Assembly (NCBI GenBank): GCA_963719495.1
Contig: CAVRCI010000008.1
Span: 64,001 to 128,000, forward strand
Reading direction: 5' to 3'
Length of the DNA stretch: 64,000 bases
Origin: an uncultured Verrucomicrobiae bacterium
GTDB taxonomy: Bacteria > Verrucomicrobiota > Verrucomicrobiia > Chthoniobacterales > JAATET01
Part shown: positions 56,571-64,000 of the stretch, piece by piece
How the letters are laid out: each line of letters opens with the position of its first letter
How positions within the stretch are numbered: the first letter of the stretch is position 1
Made by a program: the position numbers and the translations under genes
Notes under the pieces: generated by a model
The model's input: only the letters and a program-made list of their open reading frames with translations
The model's database searches: none
What the model was told of the DNA's origin: nothing

Positions 56571-57659
56571 CTAGCGAACCTGGACGAGCGTTCCTTTCTG
56601 AATTTTCTGCGTGAGGAAGTAGGCGTCCCAGTTGGCGAGGCGGATGCAGCCGCTGCTTTGGTTGCGGCCAATTTGGTCGGGCGAATTCGTGCCGTGGATG
56701 CCGACGCTTTTGCGGTTGATGCCCATCCAGACGATGCCGACGTAGTTGTTGGGGCCGGGCGGGATGTTGAAGGCGTTGTCGCTGCGGGTGCCGTCTTTCA
56801 GGACGGATTTGTCGTAGCGGAAGTAGGGCATGAGGATGTTGGACGTAATCTTCCAATCGCCGACGGGCACCGGGACGCGGTCGGAGCCGGGGGTGCAGGG
56901 GAAGGAGGCGATGATTCTGTCGTTCTCGTAGAGCTCGATAAGGCGGGGTTCGCGGAGAATGACGAGGCGGCGATTTTCGATCTGCGAGTCTTGAGTTTCG
57001 ACTGGGGTGGCGGTGGGAGCCGGGGTGGGTTCGGTGGATGCCAGAGGGTCGGCGGGTTCGGGCGGCGGCGTGGCCGCGGCGGCGAGCTCGGCAGCCTCCT
57101 TTTTGGCTTTGGCCTCGGCTTTGCGTTGGTCGTCGAGGTCGACGACCATTTGCATCGAGAATTCGTCGACGGTCGGAACGCGGAAGGTGGTGCCGGCGAC
57201 GGGGTTGGTGACGGTCGGGTTGATCTCGCGGAGGTAGTCGAGGTCGGAGTGGAACTTCTCGGCGACGAGTTCCCACGGGTCGGCATACATCATGCCATCG
57301 AGCTTTTCCTGCTCGGCGGGCGACGAGGCCTGGCGGCCGATCCACTGCAGATCGTCTTCGGTGAGGACGTAATCGCGGAACGGCTCGGCGACGCTGGAGA
57401 GGTCGAGGCGCTGACCGGGTGGGAGGTCGTTGGCGACGTTGTAACGGTCGGCGGCGGCCTGGGTGAATTCGCCACCGAAGCCGTCGAGTTTGCCGGGGCG
57501 GAATCCGGCCTGGTCGAGGACGATCTGGACCTTGAGGAGCTCGATGCGCTGCGGGCTGTCGTAGGGTTCCTTCTCGAGGCGGCCAATGGAGGCGGCGGGC
57601 TGGGCGAAGGCGGACGCGGCGGTGAGGAGCGCGGCGAGGAGAAGGATGAGGCGGGTCAT
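56571..57659 (-). CDS. L,D-transpeptidase family protein (YkuD) with peptidoglycan-binding region
   Basis: Start MTRLILLLAA (signal peptide); 'QIVLDQAGFRPGKLDG'; 'PPGPNNYVG', 'GIHGT...SSGCIRLAN'. Confidence 0.88.
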   Translation of the reverse strand: MTRLILLLAALLTAASAFAQPAASIGRLEKEPYDSPQRIELLKVQIVLDQAGFRPGKLDGFGGEFTQAAADRYNVANDLPPGQRLDLSSVAEPFRDYVLTEDDLQWIGRQASSPAEQEKLDGMMYADPWELVAEKFHSDLDYLREINPTVTNPVAGTTFRVPTVDEFSMQMVVDLDDQRKAEAKAKKEAAELAAAATPPPEPADPLASTEPTPAPTATPVETQDSQIENRRLVILREPRLIELYENDRIIASFPCTPGSDRVPVPVGDWKITSNILMPYFRYDKSVLKDGTRSDNAFNIPPGPNNYVGIVWMGINRKSVGIHGTNSPDQIGRNQSSGCIRLANWDAYFLTQKIQKGTLVQVR

Positions 57660-57724
57660 GGGACGGCGGGATTTTGGTCGGCGGGGCGCGGAATGCAAGG
57701 AATGGACGTGGGGTGTGGGATCGG

Positions 57725-58591
57725 TCACGGACGGCCGTAGGCGACGAATTTTCCGTCGCGGCGGAAGAAGAGGAAGGCGCGGTAGCCGCCCATTTTTCGC
57801 TCCGGCGAGAAGGTGTAGACGTTGACGCCTTTGGACCCCTGGGAGCCGGCCATCTTCATTTGGCCGGAGGAGTCGGTGCCGAGGTAGGTCATGACGTGGG
57901 TGATGGCGGGCTTGCGGACGGGTTTGTAGGTGTTTTCCCAGAAGAGGAGGTCGCCGGGTTGGAGCTTTTTGCGGAGTTTGCGGGGGTCGGTGCCGACGCG
58001 CCAGAGCTGGCGGCGCTGGCGGAGGTATTCGTATTGGTCGGAGGCGGTGCGGGGGAGATCGACGCCGCGGACTTCGCGCTGGAGCCAGCGGGCGGTATTC
58101 GAGCAATCCATGACCCACGCCTTGGATTCGCCTGGTGGCGTCCAGCGCCCGTTGTAGCGGGTGCCGGTGGGTTGGCGGATGGCGGCGGCGAAGCTGGTGG
58201 AGCTGGAGGGTGTCTCCGGTTCGGTCGGACGGGTTTCTTGGGTTTCGCGGGGGACCGGGTCCGCCACGCGGGTGACGGGGCGGACGACGGGGGGTGGGGC
58301 GGCGACGGGGGGTGGGGTGGGGTCGGCGACCGGGACGGGGCGCGCCATCGGAATGGCGGTGGCGGGCCGAACGGGTGGCTGGGACGAGACCGGGATGCGG
58401 AGGAGCGCGCCGGGGGGGAGGTGGGAGGAGGTGAGCTGGTTGGCGGATTGGATCTCGGGGGCGCTCACGCCGTAGCGGGTGACGAGTGATTCCATCGTCT
58501 CGCCGGGGCGGACGAGGTGGGAGCGGGTTTGCGCGGCGGCGCTGGCGGCGAGCGCGAGGGCAAGGATGGCGGCGGCGGGGGCGAGTCTCAT
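57725..58591 (-). CDS. LysM plus NlpC/P60 peptidoglycan endopeptidase
   Basis: Start MRLAPAAA; LysM 'HLVRPGET...YGVS...I..AN'; 'MDCS', 'LPRTASDQY', 'PGDLLFW', 'THVMTYLG'. Confidence 0.88.
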   Translation of the reverse strand: MRLAPAAAILALALAASAAAQTRSHLVRPGETMESLVTRYGVSAPEIQSANQLTSSHLPPGALLRIPVSSQPPVRPATAIPMARPVPVADPTPPPVAAPPPVVRPVTRVADPVPRETQETRPTEPETPSSSTSFAAAIRQPTGTRYNGRWTPPGESKAWVMDCSNTARWLQREVRGVDLPRTASDQYEYLRQRRQLWRVGTDPRKLRKKLQPGDLLFWENTYKPVRKPAITHVMTYLGTDSSGQMKMAGSQGSKGVNVYTFSPERKMGGYRAFLFFRRDGKFVAYGRP

Positions 58592-59526
58592 GGCGCGCGT
58601 CTTAGAATATGAACGGTGATCTCGGGTGGGCAATTCAATCGCGCGGCGGCGGTGCAGCTGCCGGTTCCGGGGGAGGTGTATCCGATCATGGATTCGTGCC
58701 GCCACGGACCCGAGATGAGGCGGGAGGGAACGGCGGATTTGCGGATGACGGCGATGCCGCCGGGGAGGCAGATCTGGCCGCCGTGGGTGTGGCCGCTGAG
58801 CTGGAGGTCGAACCCGGCGGCGGTTGCTCCGCGGAAACACTCCGGCGAGTGGGAGAGCAGGATCGCGCAGGCGTCGGCGGGAACGCCGAGGGCGGTGCGG
58901 TCGAGGACGTGGGTGCGGTAGTGGTCGGCGTCGTCGACGCCGGCGATCCAGAGCGTGTCGCCGTCGCGCTCGACGGCGAGGCTTTCGTTGAGGAGGAATT
59001 GGAGGCCGGCGGCTTCGAGCGGCGGGACCATGTCGAGGAGGTCGTGGTTGCCGAGGGTCGCGAGGGGGTCGGGGCCGAGGTGCGGGACGAGGGACGCGGT
59101 CAGCTCGAGGGAGCGGGCCAAATCCTCGCCGATCTCGTTGTGGTAGTCGCCGGTGACGACGGCCCGGTCGAAGTGGGTGCGCCCGATGGCGGCGATCACG
59201 GCGGCGGGGAGTGCGGGGTCGATGTCGGTGTGGAGGTCGGTGATCTGGAGGAGCCGGTAGCCGTCGAACGCGGGGGGCAAATTGGCGAGGTGGACTTCGT
59301 TTTCGACGACGCGGACGTCGAGGCATTGGGCGTGGGCGCGTTCCCAGAGGCCGAGCAGCCGGAGTCCGAGTGGGACGAGGCGGCGCATCGGGACGTAGCG
59401 GACGGGGTGCCACCAGGCAACGGTGCGGCGGCGTTTGGACGACCAGAGACGGCGCTCTTTTCGTCGGCGGGTTGCGGCGAGGCCCGGGCCCAGCCTTTCG
59501 TCGAGATCCGCTGTGGTCGGTGGCAC
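58588..59526 (-). CDS. Metallophosphoesterase (YkuE-like)
   Basis: 'TDLH', 'TGD', 'GNHD', 'LLSHSP', 'SGHTHGGQI'. Confidence 0.88.
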   Translation of the reverse strand: MPPTTADLDERLGPGLAATRRRKERRLWSSKRRRTVAWWHPVRYVPMRRLVPLGLRLLGLWERAHAQCLDVRVVENEVHLANLPPAFDGYRLLQITDLHTDIDPALPAAVIAAIGRTHFDRAVVTGDYHNEIGEDLARSLELTASLVPHLGPDPLATLGNHDLLDMVPPLEAAGLQFLLNESLAVERDGDTLWIAGVDDADHYRTHVLDRTALGVPADACAILLSHSPECFRGATAAGFDLQLSGHTHGGQICLPGGIAVIRKSAVPSRLISGPWRHESMIGYTSPGTGSCTAAARLNCPPEITVHILRRAP

Positions 59527-59618
59527 CCGGGAGCGTTATCACGGGCGGGGACTTCGCGCCAGCGCCGACGGGGATTGCAATTCGCGGGGGGCGGCGACAT
59601 CCTGCCCGGCTTTCCGCC

Positions 59619-60233
59619 GTGCGCCTCCCGACATTTCCCCCGCTTCGCGTCCTCGTTGGGACGAGCGTGTGCGGCATTGCGCTATGGTTGGTGGGTTGCG
59701 CGGGGCCGGACGTGATCGTGCAGTCCGGGCAGCCTCCGGCGTTGTTCAATCCGAAACCGACGGCGACTTACGAGGGGAAAGCCTCCTACTACTGGAAGCC
59801 GCAACCGACGGCGAGTGGCGAGCGATTTGACCCGGAGGCGATGACGGCGGCGCACAAGACGTTGCCGTTTCAGACGATGGTGCGGGTGACGAATCTGCGG
59901 AACGGCAAGCAGTGTCTCGTGCGGATCACCGACCGGGGTCCTTACATCAAAGGGCGGATCATCGATCTGAGCCGGGCGGCGGCGCGGGAGATCGCGATGA
60001 TCAAGTCGGGCGTGGTGCCGGTGCGGGTCGAGGTGCTCAAGAAAATCGAGTTGGTCGATAAGCCGAATCTGCGGCTGACGTCGCAGATCAAGGCTCGTGG
60101 GGAAGCGTTGGCGCGCGAGGAAGCGGACGCGGCTGAACGGGCGCGCGCGGAGGAGAAGGTGAAGCCCCGGGCGCGGGCCGAGGGCGAGGGGAGCGGGGAT
60201 CGGGCGCGGGTCCGGCGGACGCGGCGGATGTAG
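59619..60233 (+). CDS. rlpA: Septal ring lytic transglycosylase RlpA family lipoprotein (DPBB only)
   Basis: Lipobox LVGC; 'GKASYY...TASGERFD...TAAHKTLPF...VRITDRGPY...IIDLS'; GTG start at 59619 is inferred. Confidence 0.85.
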   Translation: MRLPTFPPLRVLVGTSVCGIALWLVGCAGPDVIVQSGQPPALFNPKPTATYEGKASYYWKPQPTASGERFDPEAMTAAHKTLPFQTMVRVTNLRNGKQCLVRITDRGPYIKGRIIDLSRAAAREIAMIKSGVVPVRVEVLKKIELVDKPNLRLTSQIKARGEALAREEADAAERARAEEKVKPRARAEGEGSGDRARVRRTRRM

Positions 60234-60285
60234 GGTTGGTGTGGGGCGAGGGGCGGCAGCGAGGGGGTTGGGTTTTGATCGGCTT

Positions 60286-61572
60286 TCAGCCGATTTGGGT
60301 TGGTGATTGGCTGGAAGCCAATTCCACGGGCTCTACGAAGAACATTCGGGCGTCGGATTTGCCTTTTATGGGGATGAGGCCGCGGTCGGTGGCGGTGACG
60401 TGATCGCGGGCGGCGGCCAGGAATGCCGCGGAGACGTTGATGCGGGCGGATTCGCCTTCGCTTTCGAAACGGGCGGCGGTGTTGACGGTGTCGCCCCAGA
60501 CGTCGAAGGCGAACTTGCGGTTGCCGACGACGCCGGCGACCAGGGGGCCGCGGTGGATGCCGACGCGGACGTCCCAGTAGCCGAGTCCGGCGGCGGTTTT
60601 TTCCCGTTTGCGGTGGGCGATGAAGTCGCGGATTTCGAGGGCGACGCGGAGGATGCGGCCGGCGGGGTCGGGGGTGGTCTCACCCATGCCGGAGAGGCAG
60701 AGGTAGGCGTCGCCGATGGTCTTCAATTTTTCGACGTCGTGGCGGTCGGTGATGCGGTCGAATTCGACGAAGCAGACGTTGAGTTCGTCGAGGAGTTCGC
60801 CGGCGGTGAGGCCTTCGGCGATGGCGGTGAAGCCGCTGAAGTCGGCGATGAGGACGTTGACGTCGTCGAGGTGGCGGGCGGCGACGCGGCCGTGCGTTTT
60901 CAGTTCCTCGGCGACGTCGTCGGGGAGGATGTTGCGCAGGAGGGCGTCGGAGCGCTCCTTTTCCTCGGCGAGGTCGCGTTGACTTTCGATGAGTTCCTCT
61001 TTCAGGCGGATGGATTCCTGCTGGAGTTCGAGAGTGTCGTGGAGGCCGAGCTGCTGCTCGACGAGGCCGCCGAAGCCGCGGAGGAAGGCGATCTGGTGGG
61101 GGTCGAGGGTGCGGGGTTGGGTGTCGAGGACGCAGAGGGTGCCGACGTTCACGCCGGCTTCGAGGGCGAGGGGCATCCCGGCGTAGAAGCGGGCGTGGGG
61201 GTTGCCGGTCACGAGCGGACTGTGGGCGAATCGGTTGTCGAGGCGGAGGTCCGGCACGACGAGGGGGTCGTTTTGGAGGATGGCGTGGCCGCAGAACGAG
61301 ATGTCGCGGGGGGTCTCGTCGAGGTCGATGCCGTGCTTGGATTTGAACCACTGGCGGTTCACGTCGACCATGGAGATGTAGGCGATGGGGACGTCGAAAA
61401 CGCGGGCGGCGAGGGCGGTGATCTGGTCGAAACGGTCCTCGGGCGGCGTGTCGAGGATGCGGAGATGGCGGAGGGCGCGGAGGCGGGCGTCTTCGTTGGC
61501 GGGCTGGGCCAGGCAGGAGACGCGGGCGGCTTGCGGGGAGGTTGCGGGTGGGGGCTGGAGAGGACGAACCAC
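60286..61572 (-). CDS. GAF-domain class III adenylate cyclase
   Basis: GAF 'RLRALRHLRILDTPPEDRFD'; 'SDALLRNILP'; 'ADFSGFT', 'KLKTIGDAY', 'FDVWGDTVNTAARFE' (Lys/Asp ATP-specifying pair); start uncertain. Confidence 0.88.
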   Translation of the reverse strand: MVRPLQPPPATSPQAARVSCLAQPANEDARLRALRHLRILDTPPEDRFDQITALAARVFDVPIAYISMVDVNRQWFKSKHGIDLDETPRDISFCGHAILQNDPLVVPDLRLDNRFAHSPLVTGNPHARFYAGMPLALEAGVNVGTLCVLDTQPRTLDPHQIAFLRGFGGLVEQQLGLHDTLELQQESIRLKEELIESQRDLAEEKERSDALLRNILPDDVAEELKTHGRVAARHLDDVNVLIADFSGFTAIAEGLTAGELLDELNVCFVEFDRITDRHDVEKLKTIGDAYLCLSGMGETTPDPAGRILRVALEIRDFIAHRKREKTAAGLGYWDVRVGIHRGPLVAGVVGNRKFAFDVWGDTVNTAARFESEGESARINVSAAFLAAARDHVTATDRGLIPIKGKSDARMFFVEPVELASSQSPTQIG

Positions 61573-61692
61573 GACGGAGGAGGATCGTTGGCGGGGCGGG
61601 TTTGTCAAAGGAAACGGCGGCGGTGCGGGTGGGCGGCTGGGGATTTTTTCTGATTTGCGTCGCCGCGGGGTTCGTGGGAAGTAATCCGCGTT

Positions 61693-64000
61693 ATCGCACA
61701 GGATTATTACAGTTGGGAGCGGCGTCCGCGGCGGCGCCGGAGACATTTTTATCTCCGGTGGTGGTTCTGGGTGCCGATCCTGGTGCTGGTGGTGGGCATC
61801 GCCGGATTTCTGGTGACGGCGTCGGTGCTGACGTCGAAGTATCAGGCGCGCGCGGATTCGTTCGATCTCGAGGAGATGGTGAAAATGGAATCCGCGACGG
61901 TCATTTACGACCGGAACGGGGTGCAGTACGGGAAAATTTTCATCCAGAACCGGTCGCCGATCTTTGGAGACGACATTCCGCAGTTGATGCGTGAAGCCGT
62001 GATCGCGGCGGAGGACAATCGGTTCATGGAGCACCACGGGGTCGATTATTGGGGCATCGCCCGGGCGGCGATTGCGAATTATCGTTCGGGGCGCAAGAGT
62101 CAGGGCGCGAGCACGGTGACGCAGCAGCTGGCGCGGAATTCGTTCGATATGTTCGAGCGGACTTACGAGCGGAAGATCATCGAGATCCTGCTGGCGAACC
62201 GCGTGGAGGATCGTTTTTCCAAGGATCAGATCATGGAGATGTATCTGAACCGGGTGTATTTCGGCTCGGGCCTCTACGGGGTGGAGGCGGCGGCGAAGGG
62301 TTATTTCGGGGTGTCGGCTAAGGAGATGACGGCCGGGCAGTGCGCGACGCTGGCGGGGCTGCTCAAAAGCCCGAATGGCTTGTCGCCGTGGAACAACCCG
62401 GAGGGTGCGAAGGCGACGCGCAACGTGGTGCTGGGGAAAATGCGGGACGAGGGATTCATCACCGCCGAGGAGGAGCAGCAGGATCGGATGGGGCCGATGG
62501 TGACGCGGAAACGCTCGAATCCCTTCAAGGTCTCCTACGCGGTGGACTACGTGCGGCAACAGGCGGTGGCGGCGCTGGGCTACGAGCGGGCGATGAACGG
62601 AGGGTTCACGATTCACACCACGCTCGACCTCGACATGCAGCGGGCGGGAGAGATCGCCCTTCGCAAGGAATTGAACGAGGCCGAGGACCGGCCGGGTTAC
62701 GACCACGAGACCTACGCGCAGTTCGTGAAGAAATTTGCGCCAGCCGAAAATACGCTGCGGTCGGGGGGATTCCCGAGCGGGAAGGTGCCGGCGCCGGAGT
62801 ATCTGCAGGGGGCGGTGATCGCCTACCACAATCCGACGGGCGGGATTCTGACGCTGATCGGCGGGCGCGAATTCACCCACAGCGAATACAATCGCGCGCT
62901 GCAGGCGAGCCGGTCGCCGGGGACCGCTTTTTCGCCGCTCGTTTTTGCGGCGGGTTACGGGAAGGGGATTTTTCCGGGTGAGCTCGTGCAGGATGCGGCG
63001 CTGGACAACCGCTACGTGAACATCGGTGGGACGACGGGGATCCTGGGGGAGTGGGGCGTCGAGCGCGCCGACAACGAATACGAGGGCAACATCACGGCGC
63101 GGGAGGCGCTGGTGCAGTCGAAGAACGCGGCGACGGTGCGGTTCGGCTGGCGGGCGGGATTGGACGCGGTCACGGAGCTCGCGGCGAAGGCGGGGATCAC
63201 GTCGCCGATCCGGCAATTCTCGGGTTCGTTTCTGGGGACGAGCGAGGTGTCGCTGGACCAGCTGACCTTGGCCTACACGATGTTCCCGGGCTACGGGTGG
63301 CGGACGGATAATGCCTACATCATTCAGCGAATCGTGGATGGGAGTGGGCGGGTCGTCTACGAGGCTCCGACGAACAAGGTGCCCGTGGTGGCGGACTCGA
63401 CGGCGTATCAGGTGCACGTCGCGCTCGACGAAGCGCTGCACCGGGGCACGGGCGCGCTGGCGGTCTCGCGTTACGGGCTGGGAAATTACCCGGCGGCGGG
63501 AAAGACGGGCACGGCTTACAATTTTACCGACACGTATTTCGTGGGCTACACGAGCGAGGTGACTTGCGGGGTGTGGGTGGGGTTCGACAAGCCGACGAAG
63601 ATCTACCGCGGGGCGTTTGGCAACGAGTTGGCGCTGCCGGTGTGGACGAGCGTGATGAACGCGTCGGTGGCGGAATTCGAGCCACGGGAATTCGAGCGGC
63701 CGGACTCGGTGACGCCGGTGTCGATCTGCCGGATGTCTGGTCTGCTCGAGACCGGGCGTTGCGAGGATCTGATGGTGGACCCGGCGACGGGTGAGCGCCG
63801 GATGATGAAGACGTCCTACATCGAATACGCGACCGAGGCCCAGAAGCCGCACATCCCGTGCGACGTGCATGGGACCGGGGTGCGACTTTATACGCAGGAG
63901 CGGGAGGAATCGGAGTGGCCGCGGGCGGCTTCCGCGGTGGATCTGGCGATGATTCGGCCGATCGCAATTTCGGAGCCGGCTCTCGTGGGGTTGAATGACG
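61693..64000 (+). CDS. Class A penicillin-binding protein (PBP1A-like), 3' end truncated by window edge; transpeptidase SxxK degenerate
   Basis: Not in the ORF track. Manual translation: TM helix, GT51 motifs 'EDNRFMEHHGVD', 'GASTVTQQLARN', 'RKIIE', 'YLNRVYFG'; TP region 'RSPGTAFSP', 'SKN', 'GKTGT'. Confidence 0.88.
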   Translation, partial: MAQDYYSWERRPRRRRRHFYLRWWFWVPILVLVVGIAGFLVTASVLTSKYQARADSFDLEEMVKMESATVIYDRNGVQYGKIFIQNRSPIFGDDIPQLMREAVIAAEDNRFMEHHGVDYWGIARAAIANYRSGRKSQGASTVTQQLARNSFDMFERTYERKIIEILLANRVEDRFSKDQIMEMYLNRVYFGSGLYGVEAAAKGYFGVSAKEMTAGQCATLAGLLKSPNGLSPWNNPEGAKATRNVVLGKMRDEGFITAEEEQQDRMGPMVTRKRSNPFKVSYAVDYVRQQAVAALGYERAMNGGFTIHTTLDLDMQRAGEIALRKELNEAEDRPGYDHETYAQFVKKFAPAENTLRSGGFPSGKVPAPEYLQGAVIAYHNPTGGILTLIGGREFTHSEYNRALQASRSPGTAFSPLVFAAGYGKGIFPGELVQDAALDNRYVNIGGTTGILGEWGVERADNEYEGNITAREALVQSKNAATVRFGWRAGLDAVTELAAKAGITSPIRQFSGSFLGTSEVSLDQLTLAYTMFPGYGWRTDNAYIIQRIVDGSGRVVYEAPTNKVPVVADSTAYQVHVALDEALHRGTGALAVSRYGLGNYPAAGKTGTAYNFTDTYFVGYTSEVTCGVWVGFDKPTKIYRGAFGNELALPVWTSVMNASVAEFEPREFERPDSVTPVSICRMSGLLETGRCEDLMVDPATGERRMMKTSYIEYATEAQKPHIPCDVHGTGVRLYTQEREESEWPRAASAVDLAMIRPIAISEPALVGLND

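Noticed and set aside
56620..56700. L,D-transpeptidase SSGC instead of SHGC
   Set aside because: The catalytic His (HGT) and Cys are present; this position varies in the family.
60286..63870. 1194-aa minus-strand ORF
   Set aside because: The N-terminal part is antisense to the PBP gene; only the GAF-cyclase portion is real.
1..64000. CRISPR array, tRNA/rRNA, transposase or prophage
   Set aside because: Repeats are dispersed palindromes, not regularly spaced direct repeats with unique spacers; no RNA-gene or integrase/transposase signatures were recognised by eye.

Overview
High-GC bacterial chromosomal window, most likely Verrucomicrobiota (Chthoniobacterales-like; inferred from gene content and intergenic repeat types). 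No rRNA, tRNA, CRISPR array or transposase was recognised. The main feature is a roughly 20-kb, 11-gene, largely translationally coupled plus-strand operon (13453-33422). It encodes a thioesterase-less reducing type I PKS (KS-AT-DH-ER-KR-ACP), a PhcB-like SAM methyltransferase, PhcS/PhcQ/PhcR-like signalling proteins, an orphan UrtA-type solute-binding protein with a hybrid kinase, a single receiver, a HisKA-REC-PP2C phosphatase and an RsbW-type anti-sigma factor. It looks like a Ralstonia Phc-type methyl-ester quorum-sensing system with its own PKS and a partner-switching output. A second notable system (51291-56308) is an ammonium transporter (Amt) fused to a PP2C phosphatase, in the SiaA position of a SiaA/B/C-like operon that lacks SiaD. 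Other notable points: two secreted repeat proteins share a basic C-terminal Ig-like domain; an ECF sigma/anti-sigma pair is followed by an HtrA lacking its whole catalytic triad; a class A PBP has a degenerate SxxK motif and no canonical start codon; a perfect Rex operator lies between divergent ndh and an orphan nuoD; there is a patch of gene remnants at 9-10.8 kb; and several REP-like palindrome families occur, some read in-frame inside genes. The remainder is housekeeping (RND pump, SbtA, PNP, HDAC, RecQ, CcsBA, cell-wall enzymes, adenylate cyclase). All calls come from motif recognition by eye; no database searches were run.
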